From assembly GCA_963814395.1 (NCBI GenBank), contig CAWFCS010000013.1:860799-924798 (forward strand): DNA of 64,000 nucleotides. Reading direction: 5' to 3'. The stretch's first letter is position 1; each line of letters opens with the position of its first letter. Source of the stretch: an uncultured Acidobacteriota bacterium. Lineage in GTDB: Bacteria; Acidobacteriota; Vicinamibacteria; Vicinamibacterales; UBA2999. Position numbers and translations under genes: made by a program. Positions 1 to 11,781 of the stretch are shown here, piece by piece. The notes below the pieces were generated by a model that made no database searches, had not been told where the DNA came from, and saw only the letters and a program-made list of their open reading frames with translations.

Positions 1-32
1 AAACCCCGACGTGCTTTCGGCTTTTCGTTCAC
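1..32 (-). CDS. 5' end of a gene leaving the window (MNEKPKARRG[F/L]...), possible prepilin leader or Tat signal
   Basis: GTG at 32 preceded by GAAGGGAG RBS on the minus strand; only 10 full codons visible. Confidence 0.35.
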   Translation of the reverse strand, partial: MNEKPKARRG

Positions 33-166
33 GGATTGCTCCCTTCGCTCAGCTACTAGCTGGGCAATCCCTGTACCAAACTTTCGCACACTGGCGCGGT
101 GGCGTATGTTGCTGAAAACAGGAGGGCTAGCGGCGCAAAGATGTCCGCAGACAACTGCCAATTCGA

Positions 167-208
167 ATTGTTTTGATTCGCTTGGGACCAAATGCGAATC
201 AAAACAAT
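167..208. repeat. Perfect 15-bp AT-rich inverted repeat
   Basis: ATTGTTTTGATTCGC (167-181) / GCGAATCAAAACAAT (194-208), 12-nt spacer. Confidence 0.85.
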
Positions 209-254
209 GCGCTTTTGACGTCTACGCTCCAGCTGAGTTGCGACGCCAGGTCAG

Positions 255-464
255 CTATTTCGGCGTCGTCGATCGCCCCGGCCGGAAGTAGTCGCAGTCG
301 GTGCAGTTGGTGACGTCGAACTCATAGCCGACGATCGGCCACAACATCGGATGGGCGCAGTACAAGAGCTGGCCGTCCATGATGGTGTGCAGGCCGAGTC
401 CGGCGGGAATGGTGGGCGTGCGCCGGCTGTACCAGCACACGCGATGGCGATCTTCGGGAGTCAC
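255..464 (-). CDS. Small Cys-rich hypothetical protein (69 aa)
   Basis: 3' part of ORF 255..788 from GTG 464: MTPEDRHRVCWY...YCAHP...NCTDCDYF; protein-like composition, divergent from the yggX-like gene. Confidence 0.55.
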   Translation of the reverse strand: MTPEDRHRVCWYSRRTPTIPAGLGLHTIMDGQLLYCAHPMLWPIVGYEFDVTNCTDCDYFRPGRSTTPK

Positions 465-524
465 GGGCGTGAACTCGCATGATACGACGAGCGCGCGCCT
501 CTGGTCGCAGGTACAATCGCGGCC

Positions 525-857
525 ATGAGTGGCGACCATTCCGATCACCCGCACCACCATCACGACGCGCCCGCTGCAGGCGGCGGCCGCATGGTGCAGT
601 GCGTGAAGTTGCAAGAGGAACTGCCCGGCCTGGACACCCCGCCCTGGCCAGGCCCGATCGGCCAACGCATCTTCGAACAGGTGTCGGCCAGGGCCTGGAA
701 GCTGTGGGAAGAACGCCAGAAGATGATCCTCAACGAATACCGCCTGATGCCCTGGCAGAAGGAAGGCCAGGAACTCATCCTGAAGCACATGGAAGAGTTC
801 TTCTTCAGCGAGAGCGCGCCGATGCCGCCGGGCTACGTGCCGCCGCGTTCGAAGTAG
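525..857 (+). CDS. yggX: Fe(II)-trafficking / oxidative damage protection protein YggX family, His-rich N-terminal extension
   Basis: MVQCVKL...GLD.PPWPGPIGQRIFEQVS..AW..W...Q.M.LNEYRL signature. Confidence 0.9.
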   Translation: MSGDHSDHPHHHHDAPAAGGGRMVQCVKLQEELPGLDTPPWPGPIGQRIFEQVSARAWKLWEERQKMILNEYRLMPWQKEGQELILKHMEEFFFSESAPMPPGYVPPRSK

Positions 858-876
858 ATTCCAGCCGGCCTGTGTC

Positions 877-2170
877 TCACGCGCCCGGCGCCTGCACCTC
901 GATCACCGGGTCGATCTGGAAGCGCAGGCGCGCGTGGGCCTCGCGCAAGGCGTTGTGCACCGCGCGGTCGTCGGGCCCTTCGGCAAAGACGAAGCCCAGG
1001 TAGCTCGCCCCTTCCGGCAGGGCCACCAGTCGCTGATCGACCTTGGCCGTGACGACCACGCCGGTCACGAGCGGCACGGCGCGCGCGTCGTCCTCCCCCG
1101 CCACGGCGCGCAGCACGCCTGAGCGCGGGAATCGGCACCATCATCACGCCCACAGCCGCGCCGGCAGGACGCCAGTGCGGCGCCGCCAGGCCGGCCGCCT
1201 GCGCCAGCAAGCACCTCTTCCAGCGGCACGCCGTGGCCGTCGGGGCCATCGAACGCCAGCGCCCGGGCGCACAAGCCCGCCGATCGGCCGCGCCGCCACT
1301 TCGAGCACCACGACCTCGCCCGAGCCGGCACGCGGCACTCCGCATGCACCGGGCCATGCCAGAGCCCGGCGGCGTGCGCGGCTCGCGTCACGGCCGGGAT
1401 GATCGCCAGTGCGTGGGCGCGCGTGCGGGCCGTGGGCGTGAGATAGACCGTCTCTTCGAAGTAGGGGCCAGTGAGCGGTTCCGGCTTGTCGAAGATGGCG
1501 AGCACATGCAGGCGGCCGTGGTCCATCACCCCTTCGAGGGCGAACTCGTCGCCGTCGACGTAGCCCTCGATCTGGATGCGCCTCGGCGGCCTCGTCGCGC
1601 AGCTCGCGCACGTCGGGCGCCGCCAGCAGCGCGCTCACGCGCGCCAGCGCCGCCCGCAGTTCGGCGGCATCGTTGGCGCGCATCACGCCGCGGCTGCCCG
1701 AGAGCACGAGCGGCTTGACCACGCACGGATACGACACGCCGTCGGGCGGCGTCGACCTGTCCGGCGGGCACCGTGAGCGCCCACGGCGCGGGCAGGCCAT
1801 GCGCGCGCTGACAGGCGCGGAAGCGCCGCTTGTCTCGGCTCGCGCGCGCGCCGGCCACCGAGTGCCAGGGCAGGCGCCGCGCCTCGGCCACGAGCGCCGC
1901 CAGTACCACCGGCCGGTCGCCCACCGCCAGCACCCCGTCGAGACGCTGGCCCGCCAGCGCCTGCAGCACCGCGTGCAACGACGCGGCCTCGTCGTGGAAG
2001 CGCACGGCCACGGCGCGGTCGCGCCACGGGTCGTCGAGCCGGTCGCAGCGATCGGTCGCCAGCACGAGCTCCACGCCGAGCCGCGTCGCCGCCTCGTCGA
2101 ACATCCGCGTCTGATAGCCCGTGGTCGTCGCGCACAACAACACGCGCGGCCGCAGCGTGACATCGGTCAT
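877..2170 (-). CDS. ATP-grasp domain protein (L-amino-acid ligase-like), frameshifted
   Basis: Joined fragments: RDKRRFR, YPCVVKPLVLSGSRGVMRAND, IFDKPEPLTGPYFEETVY, GPVHAE, LEVAARPIGG, LPEGASYLGFVFA. Confidence 0.85.
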
Positions 2171-2221
2171 CGTGTGTCCGGGCGCGTGGACTGGGCGCCA
2201 GCCTCCGTGCTCCATCGCCCG

Positions 2222-2254
2222 CCCCTAGTCCCTAGTCCCTAGTCCCTAGTCCCT
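2222..2254. repeat. Heptamer tandem repeat (CCCTAGT)x4
   Basis: cccctagtccctagtccctagtccctagtccctg between the radical SAM and ATP-grasp genes. Confidence 0.9.
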
Positions 2255-2257
2255 GCA

Positions 2258-3635
2258 CTAAAGGAGAGCCACCTGCTCTCCCGTCGGCTCCGCTCAACAG
2301 TACCAGGGCTCGGTGAGGTACGGAATCGACGCGCGCGATGGCAGCACCGGCCGCGGCCCTGGCGCGCCGGCCACATCGGCCGCGGCGCGCGCGCGAATGG
2401 CCTCGAACGTGGCGCGGCGCGGGCCGGCCCTGCGCCACGCCGGCCATCTGCATCACGTCGCGCTGCAGGGCATCGACGCGGGCGTCGGCATGGACCCACG
2501 GGATGGGTCAAGCGTGGCGGGATTGTAGGGGCCGGCCACGGCGCGGATCTCGTCGAGCGCGAGCAGGCCCGAGTCCTGCGTGACGAGCAGGCGCAGCGTC
2601 CACTGCACCGGCGGCCACGTGATCCACGAGCCCCAGTCCGTCGATGTCGTCGAGGAACGCGAGATAGCCGGTCGCCGTCGTCCACGGCGTGAAGGCCACG
2701 AACGTGGGTGAGAGGGCCAGCCCCAGCTCGTGGCAGCGGGCGGCCACGGCTTCGACATCGGCGCGCGTGTGGCCTTTGTCGAGCGCCACCAGCACGTGGT
2801 CGTCGAGCGATTCGACGGCCGAGGTGACAAAGGCGCAGCCGGTGTCGCGCAGCGCGCGGCAGCAGCGCGTCGTGCCGGCGCAGATGCTCCACCTTGATGG
2901 TCACGTCGTAGGTCAGCGCCGGCCACTCGCGGTGCAGCGCCTCGACGAGACGCACGGCATGCGTGGGCCCGTTGAAGAAATCGGGATCGGCAAAGGTGAT
3001 GTGCGTGGCGCCGAGCGCCACCTGCGCGCGCACGTCGGCCAGCACGACCTCCACCGGCACGGCGTGGAAGCGGCCCTGGTAGATGGGCACCACCGGACAA
3101 TGCCGGCACACGTGCTTGCAGCCGCGGGTGGCCTCGACCGCACCCACGACGCTGGCATGGCCGTCGGGCCAGACCAACTGCGCATAGCGGTCGAGCGCCG
3201 GCAGGCCGGCGCGGTCGGGCACCAGCGGCCGACGCCGCGCGGCCGCGGCACCGTCGGCGGCGCGGCGCGAGGCCGTGCACGCGCACAGGCCAGCGCCACG
3301 AGCTCCTGCTCGCACTCGGGCCCGAACACCGCGGTGGCGCCGGCCTCGCGCAGGCGCGCGTCGTTGAGCGGTCCGTAGAGCCCGTAGGCGCAGATCGGCA
3401 CGTCGGGCAGGCGGCGCCGCAACTCGGCGATCACCGGCAGCGCCAGACGCGTGGCGGTGTGCATCGGCAGCGACACGGCCACGAGCGTGACGCCCTGCAG
3501 CGCGTCAGCCGGCAGCCGCTCGACCGCGAGGTCGTGCACGCGCACGTCGAGCCCGGCGCGGCGCAGCCACGCCGCCGGCAACGCCAGCCCGACCGGCTGG
3601 CGGCCGAGGTCGTAGACCGAGAGCAGGAGGACCAG
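2258..3635 (-). CDS. CUAEP-tail radical SAM selenoprotein with N-terminal B12-binding-like domain, frameshifted
   Basis: N-term [30 protein letters not shown]; CxxxCxx[36 protein letters not shown]; tail [13 protein letters not shown](2296-2294)[14 protein letters not shown](2260-2258). Confidence 0.88.
2263..2281 (-). promoter_or_regulatory. Bacterial SECIS hairpin
   Basis: 12 nt after the in-frame UGA: GGAGAGC-AGGUG-GCUCUCC, perfect 7-bp stem with G-containing apical loop. Confidence 0.8.
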
Positions 3636-5142
<1,507 letters not shown>

Positions 5143-5179
5143 AGGCAGGGCGTATTGTATCCTCGCGACAGCCCGCCCC

Positions 5180-5873
5180 ATGCCGCTCGACGAGTACCGC
5201 AAGAAACGCGACTTCACGAAGAGCCCCGAGCCGGCGGGCGATGCCAAGGCCGCCGCGAGCGGCGCAGAACGCTTCTTCTGCGTGCAGAAGCACCTGGCGA
5301 GCCACCTGCACTACGACCTGCGGCTCGAACACGACGGCGTGCTGCTGTCGTGGGCCGTGCCGAAGGGCCCGTCGCTCGACTGGAACGACAAGCGCCTGGC
5401 CATGCAGGTGGAGGACCACCCCGTCGAGTACGGGTCGTTCGAGGGCGTGATTCCCGAAGGCTACGGCGCCGGCGTGGTGATGCTGTGGGACGTGGGCACG
5501 TGGACCGTCGCAGTCGCCCGACATCGACGCGGCGCTGCGCAAGGGCGACCTCAAGTTCCGCCTCGATGGCTACAAGCTGAAGGGCTCCTGGGCGCTGGTG
5601 CGCACGCGCGGCTACGGCGACAGCAGCAAGCCGAGCTGGCTGCTCATCAAGCACAAGGACGAGTGGTCGGGACCACTCGACATCACCACCTTCGCGCCGC
5701 TCAGCGTGAAGACGCCAGGCGCCGACTTGGCGGATATCCTGGCGGGCGACACGCCCGGCCTGTGGCACCGCAACCCGCCGGCCAAGACCGGCGACACCGG
5801 CAAGCTGTTCCAGCGCATCATCGCCACGGCGCTCGAACTGCGCGCCGCCCGGCCGAAGGCCAAGCGACGCTGA
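5180..5873 (+). CDS. Stand-alone LigD 3'-phosphoesterase domain protein, frameshifted near 5515
   Basis: [69 protein letters not shown]. Confidence 0.9.
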
Positions 5874-5889
5874 ACGCCGCGCGCGGCAG

Positions 5890-6474
5890 TTACCTCGCCC
5901 GCAAGGGGCGGCGCGTGATGACCACGATCTCGGCCCCGCCCATCGCCGTCTTGCCGACGGTCAGGTCGATGGCCTGAAAGCCGGCCTCGACCACCTCGCG
6001 CAGCTCCTTCTCGAGGGTCGAGGTCTTCGACGTGGCCACGAGCTTGTACTCGTATTGCACTGCCAGCGCCTGGTCGGAACTCTTCTGCACGATCGCCACC
6101 GTTTCCCGGCCGCCGAACATGCTCTCGAACACCGTCTGCCCCACGGCGTGATAGCCGGCCTCGCCCGCTTCCTGCAGTTCCTTCTGCAGGGTCGACGTGC
6201 GATTGGTGGCCAGCAGCCGGTAGCTGTAGGTGTTCTTGTCATCTTGCGCCTTCTCGAGCAGCACCACTGCCTCGCTGCCGCCGAAGCCGGTCTCACCGCC
6301 CATCACCGCCACGAAGCGATAGCCGAGCGCCCCGGCGTCCTTCAGCTCCTTCTCCATGGTCGAGGTCTTGTTGGTCGCGAGAATCTTGTAGTTGGCCGTC
6401 TGGGCCGCGGCCGGCAGGGCCGCAATCAACGCCAGCAGAGCAACGGCGACACTGACACGAAACATTCGGTTCAC
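5890..6474 (-). CDS. Secreted hypothetical protein with three internal repeats
   Basis: Signal peptide ending AAA-Q; 3x Y[KR].[LV]AT.[KR]TST[ML].KEL.....G[YF]. Confidence 0.8.
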   Translation of the reverse strand: MNRMFRVSVAVALLALIAALPAAAQTANYKILATNKTSTMEKELKDAGALGYRFVAVMGGETGFGGSEAVVLLEKAQDDKNTYSYRLLATNRTSTLQKELQEAGEAGYHAVGQTVFESMFGGRETVAIVQKSSDQALAVQYEYKLVATSKTSTLEKELREVVEAGFQAIDLTVGKTAMGGAEIVVITRRPLRAR

Positions 6475-6535
6475 GGCAACCTCCGGGGGAGTGCGGACAT
6501 CATCGGTTCGTGCGGAATGGTAGCGCACGCGGGGT

Positions 6536-8014
6536 TCACTTCCGGTAGTCGAGCGGCGGCTTGCGCGTGGCCAGCCGCGTCGTGTACGTGAAATTGGCGC
6601 CGCGTACGCGGGTGAACTCCTCGCGCGCCTTCACGACGTGCGCCGGGTCCGACAGCAGGTCGATGGTCGTGAGAGCCATGGTCTTGGCCGCAACCATCAT
6701 GCCCTTCACGCCAATCTGCGTGCCGCCGGCCGCCACCGCCTGCCAGCTGTGCGCCGAAGTGCCGGGCACCCAGGTGGCCGCCGACATCTGCACCGTGGGC
6801 ACGCGCCAGCTCACGTCGCCGGTGTCGGTGGACGCGCCGCCCACGCCGTGTTCCATCGGCATCACCTGCGAGGCCAAGTCGATGGGCGGCAGGCGTCACG
6901 TCGAACGACGTGCGGATGCCCTCGGCGAACGGTCCGCTCGTCGGGCGTGTAGGTGTAGCCGCCCACGGCCTTCAGGTGTTTCTCCATCACCGAAGCCAGG
7001 TAGCTGTTCGGCAGCACGTTCCACACCGCGCCCATGATCTCCATCTCGACCGTCGTGTCGGTGCCGAGCGCCGCGCCCTTGGCCGCGTTCTCGATCCGCT
7101 GCCACATGGCGTCGAGCACGCGCATGTCGTTGTGGCGCGCGTAATAGTAGACCTCGGCGAAGTCGGGCACGACGTTGGGCGCACTGCCGCCGCGCGTGAT
7201 CACGTAGTGGATGCGGGTGTCGGAGGGCACGTGCTCGCGCATCATGTTGACCATCGCGTCCATCGCCTCGACGCCGTCGAGGGCCGAGCGGCCGCGCTCA
7301 GGGGCCACGGCGGCATGCGACGGCCACGCCGTGGAAGCGGAACTTGGCGTTGATGTTGGCGAGCGAGCTGTCGGCGCTCACCGCATTCCGGTCGCCGGGA
7401 TGCCACGACACCACCGCATCGACGCCGTCGAACAGTCCGGCGCGCAGCATGTAGACCTTGCCGGCGCCGCCTTCCTCGGCGGGCGTGCCGAACACCTTGA
7501 TGGTGCCCGCGCGTCCGCTCGCCGCCAGCCAGTCCTTCACGGCCGCGGCCGCGGCCACCGAGGCCGTGCCGAACAGATGATGGCCGCAGCCATGCCCGGC
7601 GCCGTTCTCGACCAGCGCCTTGCGGCCGGGCGTGGCCGCCTGCGACAGGCCGGGGAGCGCGTCGAACTCGGCCAGGATGCCAATGACCGGTGCGCCACTG
7701 CCGTAGGTGGCCACGAACGACGTCGGCATGTCGGCGACGCCAGCGGTCACCGCGAAGCCGGCGGAGGCGAGTTGCCGCTGCAGCAGCGCGCTGCTCCGCT
7801 CCTCCTGATAGCCGACTTCGGCGAAGTTCCAGATGGCGAGCGCCACCTCGCCGAAGTGCGCGCGCTTGGCCTCGAGGCCGGCGATCACGGCGGCCGTGGG
7901 CGGCGCGGCCGCGGGCGCCGACTGCGCGTGGATGACCGCCGCCATGGCGAGTGCCGCCGCCACAACCGCACGCCCCAGCACTGCGCCACTCGCCCGTCGC
8001 GTCATCGCTCGCAT
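6536..8014 (-). CDS. Secreted M20D amidohydrolase (AbgB-like), frameshifted
   Basis: AEFDALPG, GHGCGHHL, GTPAEEGG, SWHP, RSALD, APNVVPD, STDTGDVSW; N-terminal signal peptide. Confidence 0.9.
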
Positions 8015-8037
8015 GTCCGTCTCCTTCGCTGGGCCGA

Positions 8038-9004
8038 TCACAGCACGCGCGTGCTGAGCACGCTCCACACCGCGTGCGACAAGCGCCGGCGATCGTGGCG
8101 GGCGATCTCGCGCGTCCAGAGCGGCGCTTCCACGAGCGTCGTGTGGGCGGGCAGGGTGCCGAGCGCAAGGGGCTGTTTGTTCTCGCGGGCGTAGTTGGCG
8201 AGCAGCGCCGAGGGCAGGCGCGCGGTGTTGAAGACCACCAGGTCGACCGGGCGGTCGATGGTGCGCTCGAGCCACGCCACGGCGTCACCGGCGGTGAAGT
8301 CCTTCATGCCCAGGCCCTCGGTGAGCAGGTTGCTCACGAACACGATCGGCCCGGGCATGGCATGCAGCGCGTCGCGCACGCCGTCCACGAGCAGCGTGGG
8401 CATCAAGCTCGTGAAGAAGCTGCCGGGCCCGATGATCACCGCGTCGAAGGTGCGCACGGCGTCGGCCACGGCCGGGATGGATGTCGGCGGACGGCTCGAG
8501 CCAGATGCGCTCGATGGCATGCCCGGCCGTTTGCCACGCGTCGACCTCGACTTCGCCGCGGCTCATGTGGCCATCGGCGTGTTCGGCGCACAGCGAGGCG
8601 CGGGTCACGCTGACCGGCCAGACCCGGCCCTGGCAGCCGAGCAGCGCGCGCAGGCCGTCGACCGCCGCCAGGAAGTCGCCGCTGTACTGCTCCATCATCG
8701 ACAGCAGCAGGTTGCCGCCGGTGTGGCCGCCGAGCTTCTTGTGCTCGAAGAGCGTAGGCAGACGCGACAGCAGCACGCGGCGCGCCTCGCCTTCGTTGCG
8801 CGACAGCGCCAGCGCGCAGCGCAGCACGTCGCCCGGCGGCAGCACGCCCAGTTCGTCGCGCAGCTGACCCGAACTGCCGCCGCTGTCGAAGGTGGTGACG
8901 ATGGCGTTGAGCCGCAGCCAGGGATTGCGTTTCAGGCCGCCGAGCAGGCTCGGCAGGCCGGTGCCGCCGCCGAAGCAGCCGATGTTGAGCTGACGCAGTC
9001 GCAT
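8038..9004 (-). CDS. yvcK: YvcK/CofD-like (UPF0052) gluconeogenesis factor, frameshifted near 8480
   Basis: FGGGTGL, DSGGSSGQLR..LGVLPPGD, GHTGGNL, IGPGSFFTSLMP, RHD. Confidence 0.9.
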
Positions 9005-9031
9005 GGCGCACCATTCTAGTAGACTGGCCCT

Positions 9032-9724
9032 ATGGCGGCTCCGTCGGCACTCGTGGCCTCACTCGTGCTCGCGGATCTGCAGGACATCTTCGGCGCGCGC
9101 CTGCACGCCTTCGTCACCTATGCACCGTCGGTGTCGCCGCGCCCCAGCCTGGCGCTCGTGCAGTCGCTGGCGCTCGCCGACCTGACCTCGTGCGCGGCCC
9201 GGGTCAAGCGGTGGCGCCAGGCGGGCGCCGCCACGCCAGTAGTGCTGACGCGACAGGAATTCGCACGCTCGCTCGACGTGTTCCCCGTGGAATTCGGCGA
9301 GATCATCGCCAACCACGAGACCCACTTCGGCGACGACCCCTTTGCCGGACTCGTCGTGGCCACCGGCGACCTGCGGCGCGCCTGCGAGGGTCAGGTGCGC
9401 AGCCTGTTGCTGCACGTGCGCGAAGACTACATGGAAGCCGCCGGGGCGCCGCGCGACGTGGTGCGGGTGGTGGTGGAATCGGCCGCGGAGTTCCGCGCCC
9501 TCTTGAGCCTGCTGGCGCGGCTCGACGCGCAGCGGCTCGAAGGGCAGGCGCTGGCGGCGTGGGCGGCCGGGCGCCTGCTGCTGGATGCCGCGGTCGTCTC
9601 CGACGTGCTGCACATCGCCCACGACGTCGATGGCAGCGGCGTCGACGCCGGCCGGCTCTTCCCCGCCTATCTGGCCGCCATCGAGCAGCTCGCGCGGCAC
9701 ATCGACGAGTGGCCCGACCGGTGA
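9032..9724 (+). CDS. Nucleotidyltransferase-fold-like hypothetical protein associated with LemA/TPM genes
   Basis: EFARSLDVFPVEF..I......GDDPF, LRRACE.QVRS.LL..RE motif; first gene of TPM-LemA run. Confidence 0.65.
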   Translation: MAAPSALVASLVLADLQDIFGARLHAFVTYAPSVSPRPSLALVQSLALADLTSCAARVKRWRQAGAATPVVLTRQEFARSLDVFPVEFGEIIANHETHFGDDPFAGLVVATGDLRRACEGQVRSLLLHVREDYMEAAGAPRDVVRVVVESAAEFRALLSLLARLDAQRLEGQALAAWAAGRLLLDAAVVSDVLHIAHDVDGSGVDAGRLFPAYLAAIEQLARHIDEWPDR

Positions 9725-10529
9725 CCCGGCCACGCACCGCCGGACGCGCCGCGGCGAGCCTCGCGATCGGGCTGCTGTGGCTCGCCAGCACGGCCCCGCT
9801 CACCGCCCAGGACCCGCCGCCGGCCCTCACCGCGCCCGTCAACGACTTCGCCCAGGTGATCGATCCGGCGTCGGCGCAGGCCCTCGACCGCCTGATCCGC
9901 GCGCTGCGCGCCGCCAGCGGCGACGTGGTGGTCGTGGCCACGGTGAAGACCTTCCAGCCCTGGCCCGACGTGCGCACCTACGCCACGAAGATGTTCGAGA
10001 ACGGCGGCCGCGGGCATCGGCGAGAAGGGCAAGGACAACGGCCTGCTCGTGCTGCTCGCGACTCGACGACCGGCAGGTCTGGATGGAAGTGGGCTACGAC
10101 CTCGAAGGGGTGGTCACCGACGGCTTCGCCGGCGAGACCAGCCGCGAGGTGATGACGCCCTACTTCCGGCAGGGCGAATACGGCCAGGGCCTGCTGGCCG
10201 GCACGTCGCGGGTCATCGAACGCATCGCCGCCGACCGGAACGTCACCGTCGAGGGCATCGAGGTGCGCGACGCGCCGAGCAGCACCCGCGACCCCGTATC
10301 GCCGAACCGCATGCTGCTGCTCTTCGTCGTGTTCTTCATCGTGCTGCCCTTGCTCAACCGCTCCGGCCGCGGCCGGAAGCGCTCGTGGCGCGGCGGCGTT
10401 GGTCCGTGGGGCGGAGGCTACTATGGAGGCTCCTGGGGCGGCGGCGGCTCCTGGGGCGGATCGTCGGGCGGCTTCGGCGGATTCGGCGGCGGCCGCAGTG
10501 GCGGCGGCGGCGGTGGCGCGTCGTGGTAG
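9721..10529 (+). CDS. TPM domain protein (YgcG family), frameshifted
   Basis: VNDFAQVI, GIGEKGKDNGLL, EVGYDLEGVVTD, TM helix, Gly-rich tail ending GGGRSGGGGGGASW. Confidence 0.9.
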
Positions 10530-10571
10530 ACGCGGCGGCCGGTTGGTTGCGCGTTCGGTGGAGGAGGAGTC

Positions 10572-11144
10572 ATGCGACAGGTAGTGATGGCGGCACTGGT
10601 GCTGGTGACGGCAACCGCGTCGAGCGGATGTTCGTACAACACGTTCGTCAGCCAGGAAGAAGCCGTGAAGGCGCAGTGGGCGCAGGTGGAGAACCAGCTG
10701 AAGCGCCGGAGCGACCTGATTCCCAACCTGGTCGAGACGACCAAGGGCTTCGCTCAGCAGGAACGCGACGTGTTCCAGGCCATCGCCGACTCGCGCGCCA
10801 AGCTGGCCGGCGCCCGCAATCCGCAGGAGACGATGCAGGCGGCCAACGAGCAGTCGAGTGCGCTGTCGCGCCTGCTCGTGGTGGTCGAGGCCTATCCCGA
10901 CTTGAAGTCGAGCGCCATCTTCGCCCGGCTGACCGACGAACTGGCCGGCACCGAGAACCGCATCGCCACCGAGCGGATGCGCTACAACGAGCGCGTGCAG
11001 GAATACAACACGTCGCGACGGAAGTTCCCCGCCAACGTCACCAACGCCATCTTCCGCTTCCAGGACTACCCGCTCTTCGAGGCTCCGCCCGAGGCGAAAG
11101 AAGTGCCGAAGGTGGACTTTTCGCGGCCGAAAACCGGACCGTAA
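10572..11144 (+). CDS. lemA: LemA family protein
   Basis: WAQVENQLKRRSDLIPNLV, EAYPDLKS, ELAGTENRI..ER.RYN. Confidence 0.95.
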   Translation: MRQVVMAALVLVTATASSGCSYNTFVSQEEAVKAQWAQVENQLKRRSDLIPNLVETTKGFAQQERDVFQAIADSRAKLAGARNPQETMQAANEQSSALSRLLVVVEAYPDLKSSAIFARLTDELAGTENRIATERMRYNERVQEYNTSRRKFPANVTNAIFRFQDYPLFEAPPEAKEVPKVDFSRPKTGP

Positions 11145-11214
11145 CCCGCTTCCAACCCTACGGCACGCCCCACCATCAAATGGGGTAACGGAGCCGAAGC
11201 GCCTGGACCGCGGT

Positions 11215-11781
11215 GTGACCTCAACTTTTCACTCCCGGCCCGAGTCGGAGGCCGACGACGTCGCCCGCGCGGTTGCGGGTGACGCGGCGGCCTTCGAGCG
11301 CCTCTACCGAACCCACGTGCCTCGCATCCTCGCCCTCGCCCGACGCATGGCCGGCGCCGACAGCGCCGACGAACTGGTCCAGGACATCTTCGTCCGGGTG
11401 TGGCAGAAGCTCGGCGGCTTTCGCGGCGAGTCGTCACTGGCCACCTGGGTGCACCGCCTGGCGGTGAACGTGATCATCGAGCGCTTCCGCACGTTGGGCA
11501 CGGCGCGCGACCGCTTCCTGGCCGATGGCGACGACGCCCTCACCCGGATGCCGGCCCCCACCGAAGCCGTGCGCGGCTGGGACGCGGGCATGGATCTGCA
11601 CGGCGCCGTCAACCGGTTGCCGCCCGGCGCCCGCGCGGTCTTCGTGCTGCACGACGTGGAAGGCTACAAACACGAGGAAATCGGCACGCTGCTCGGGGTG
11701 TCGGTCGGCACCTCGAAATCCCAACTCCACCGCGCCCGCATGTCGCTGCGTGGCCATCTCTCACGGGAGGCCCGCGCATGA
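11215..11781 (+). CDS. ECF RNA polymerase sigma factor
   Basis: GDAAAFERLY, ELVQDIF, FRGESSLATW, FVLHDVEGYKHEEIG..GTSKSQLHRAR. Confidence 0.93.
   Translation: MTSTFHSRPESEADDVARAVAGDAAAFERLYRTHVPRILALARRMAGADSADELVQDIFVRVWQKLGGFRGESSLATWVHRLAVNVIIERFRTLGTARDRFLADGDDALTRMPAPTEAVRGWDAGMDLHGAVNRLPPGARAVFVLHDVEGYKHEEIGTLLGVSVGTSKSQLHRARMSLRGHLSREARA

Noticed and set aside
144..163. Sigma54 promoter on the minus strand (TTGGCAGTTGTCTGC)
   Set aside because: GG-to-GC spacing is 9 nt rather than the required 10.
106..291. 61-aa ORF MLLKTGG...
   Set aside because: Runs through the palindrome, has atypical codon usage and overlaps the better minus-strand ORF.
2222..2254. CRISPR array
   Set aside because: 7-bp tandem units with no spacers and no cas genes.
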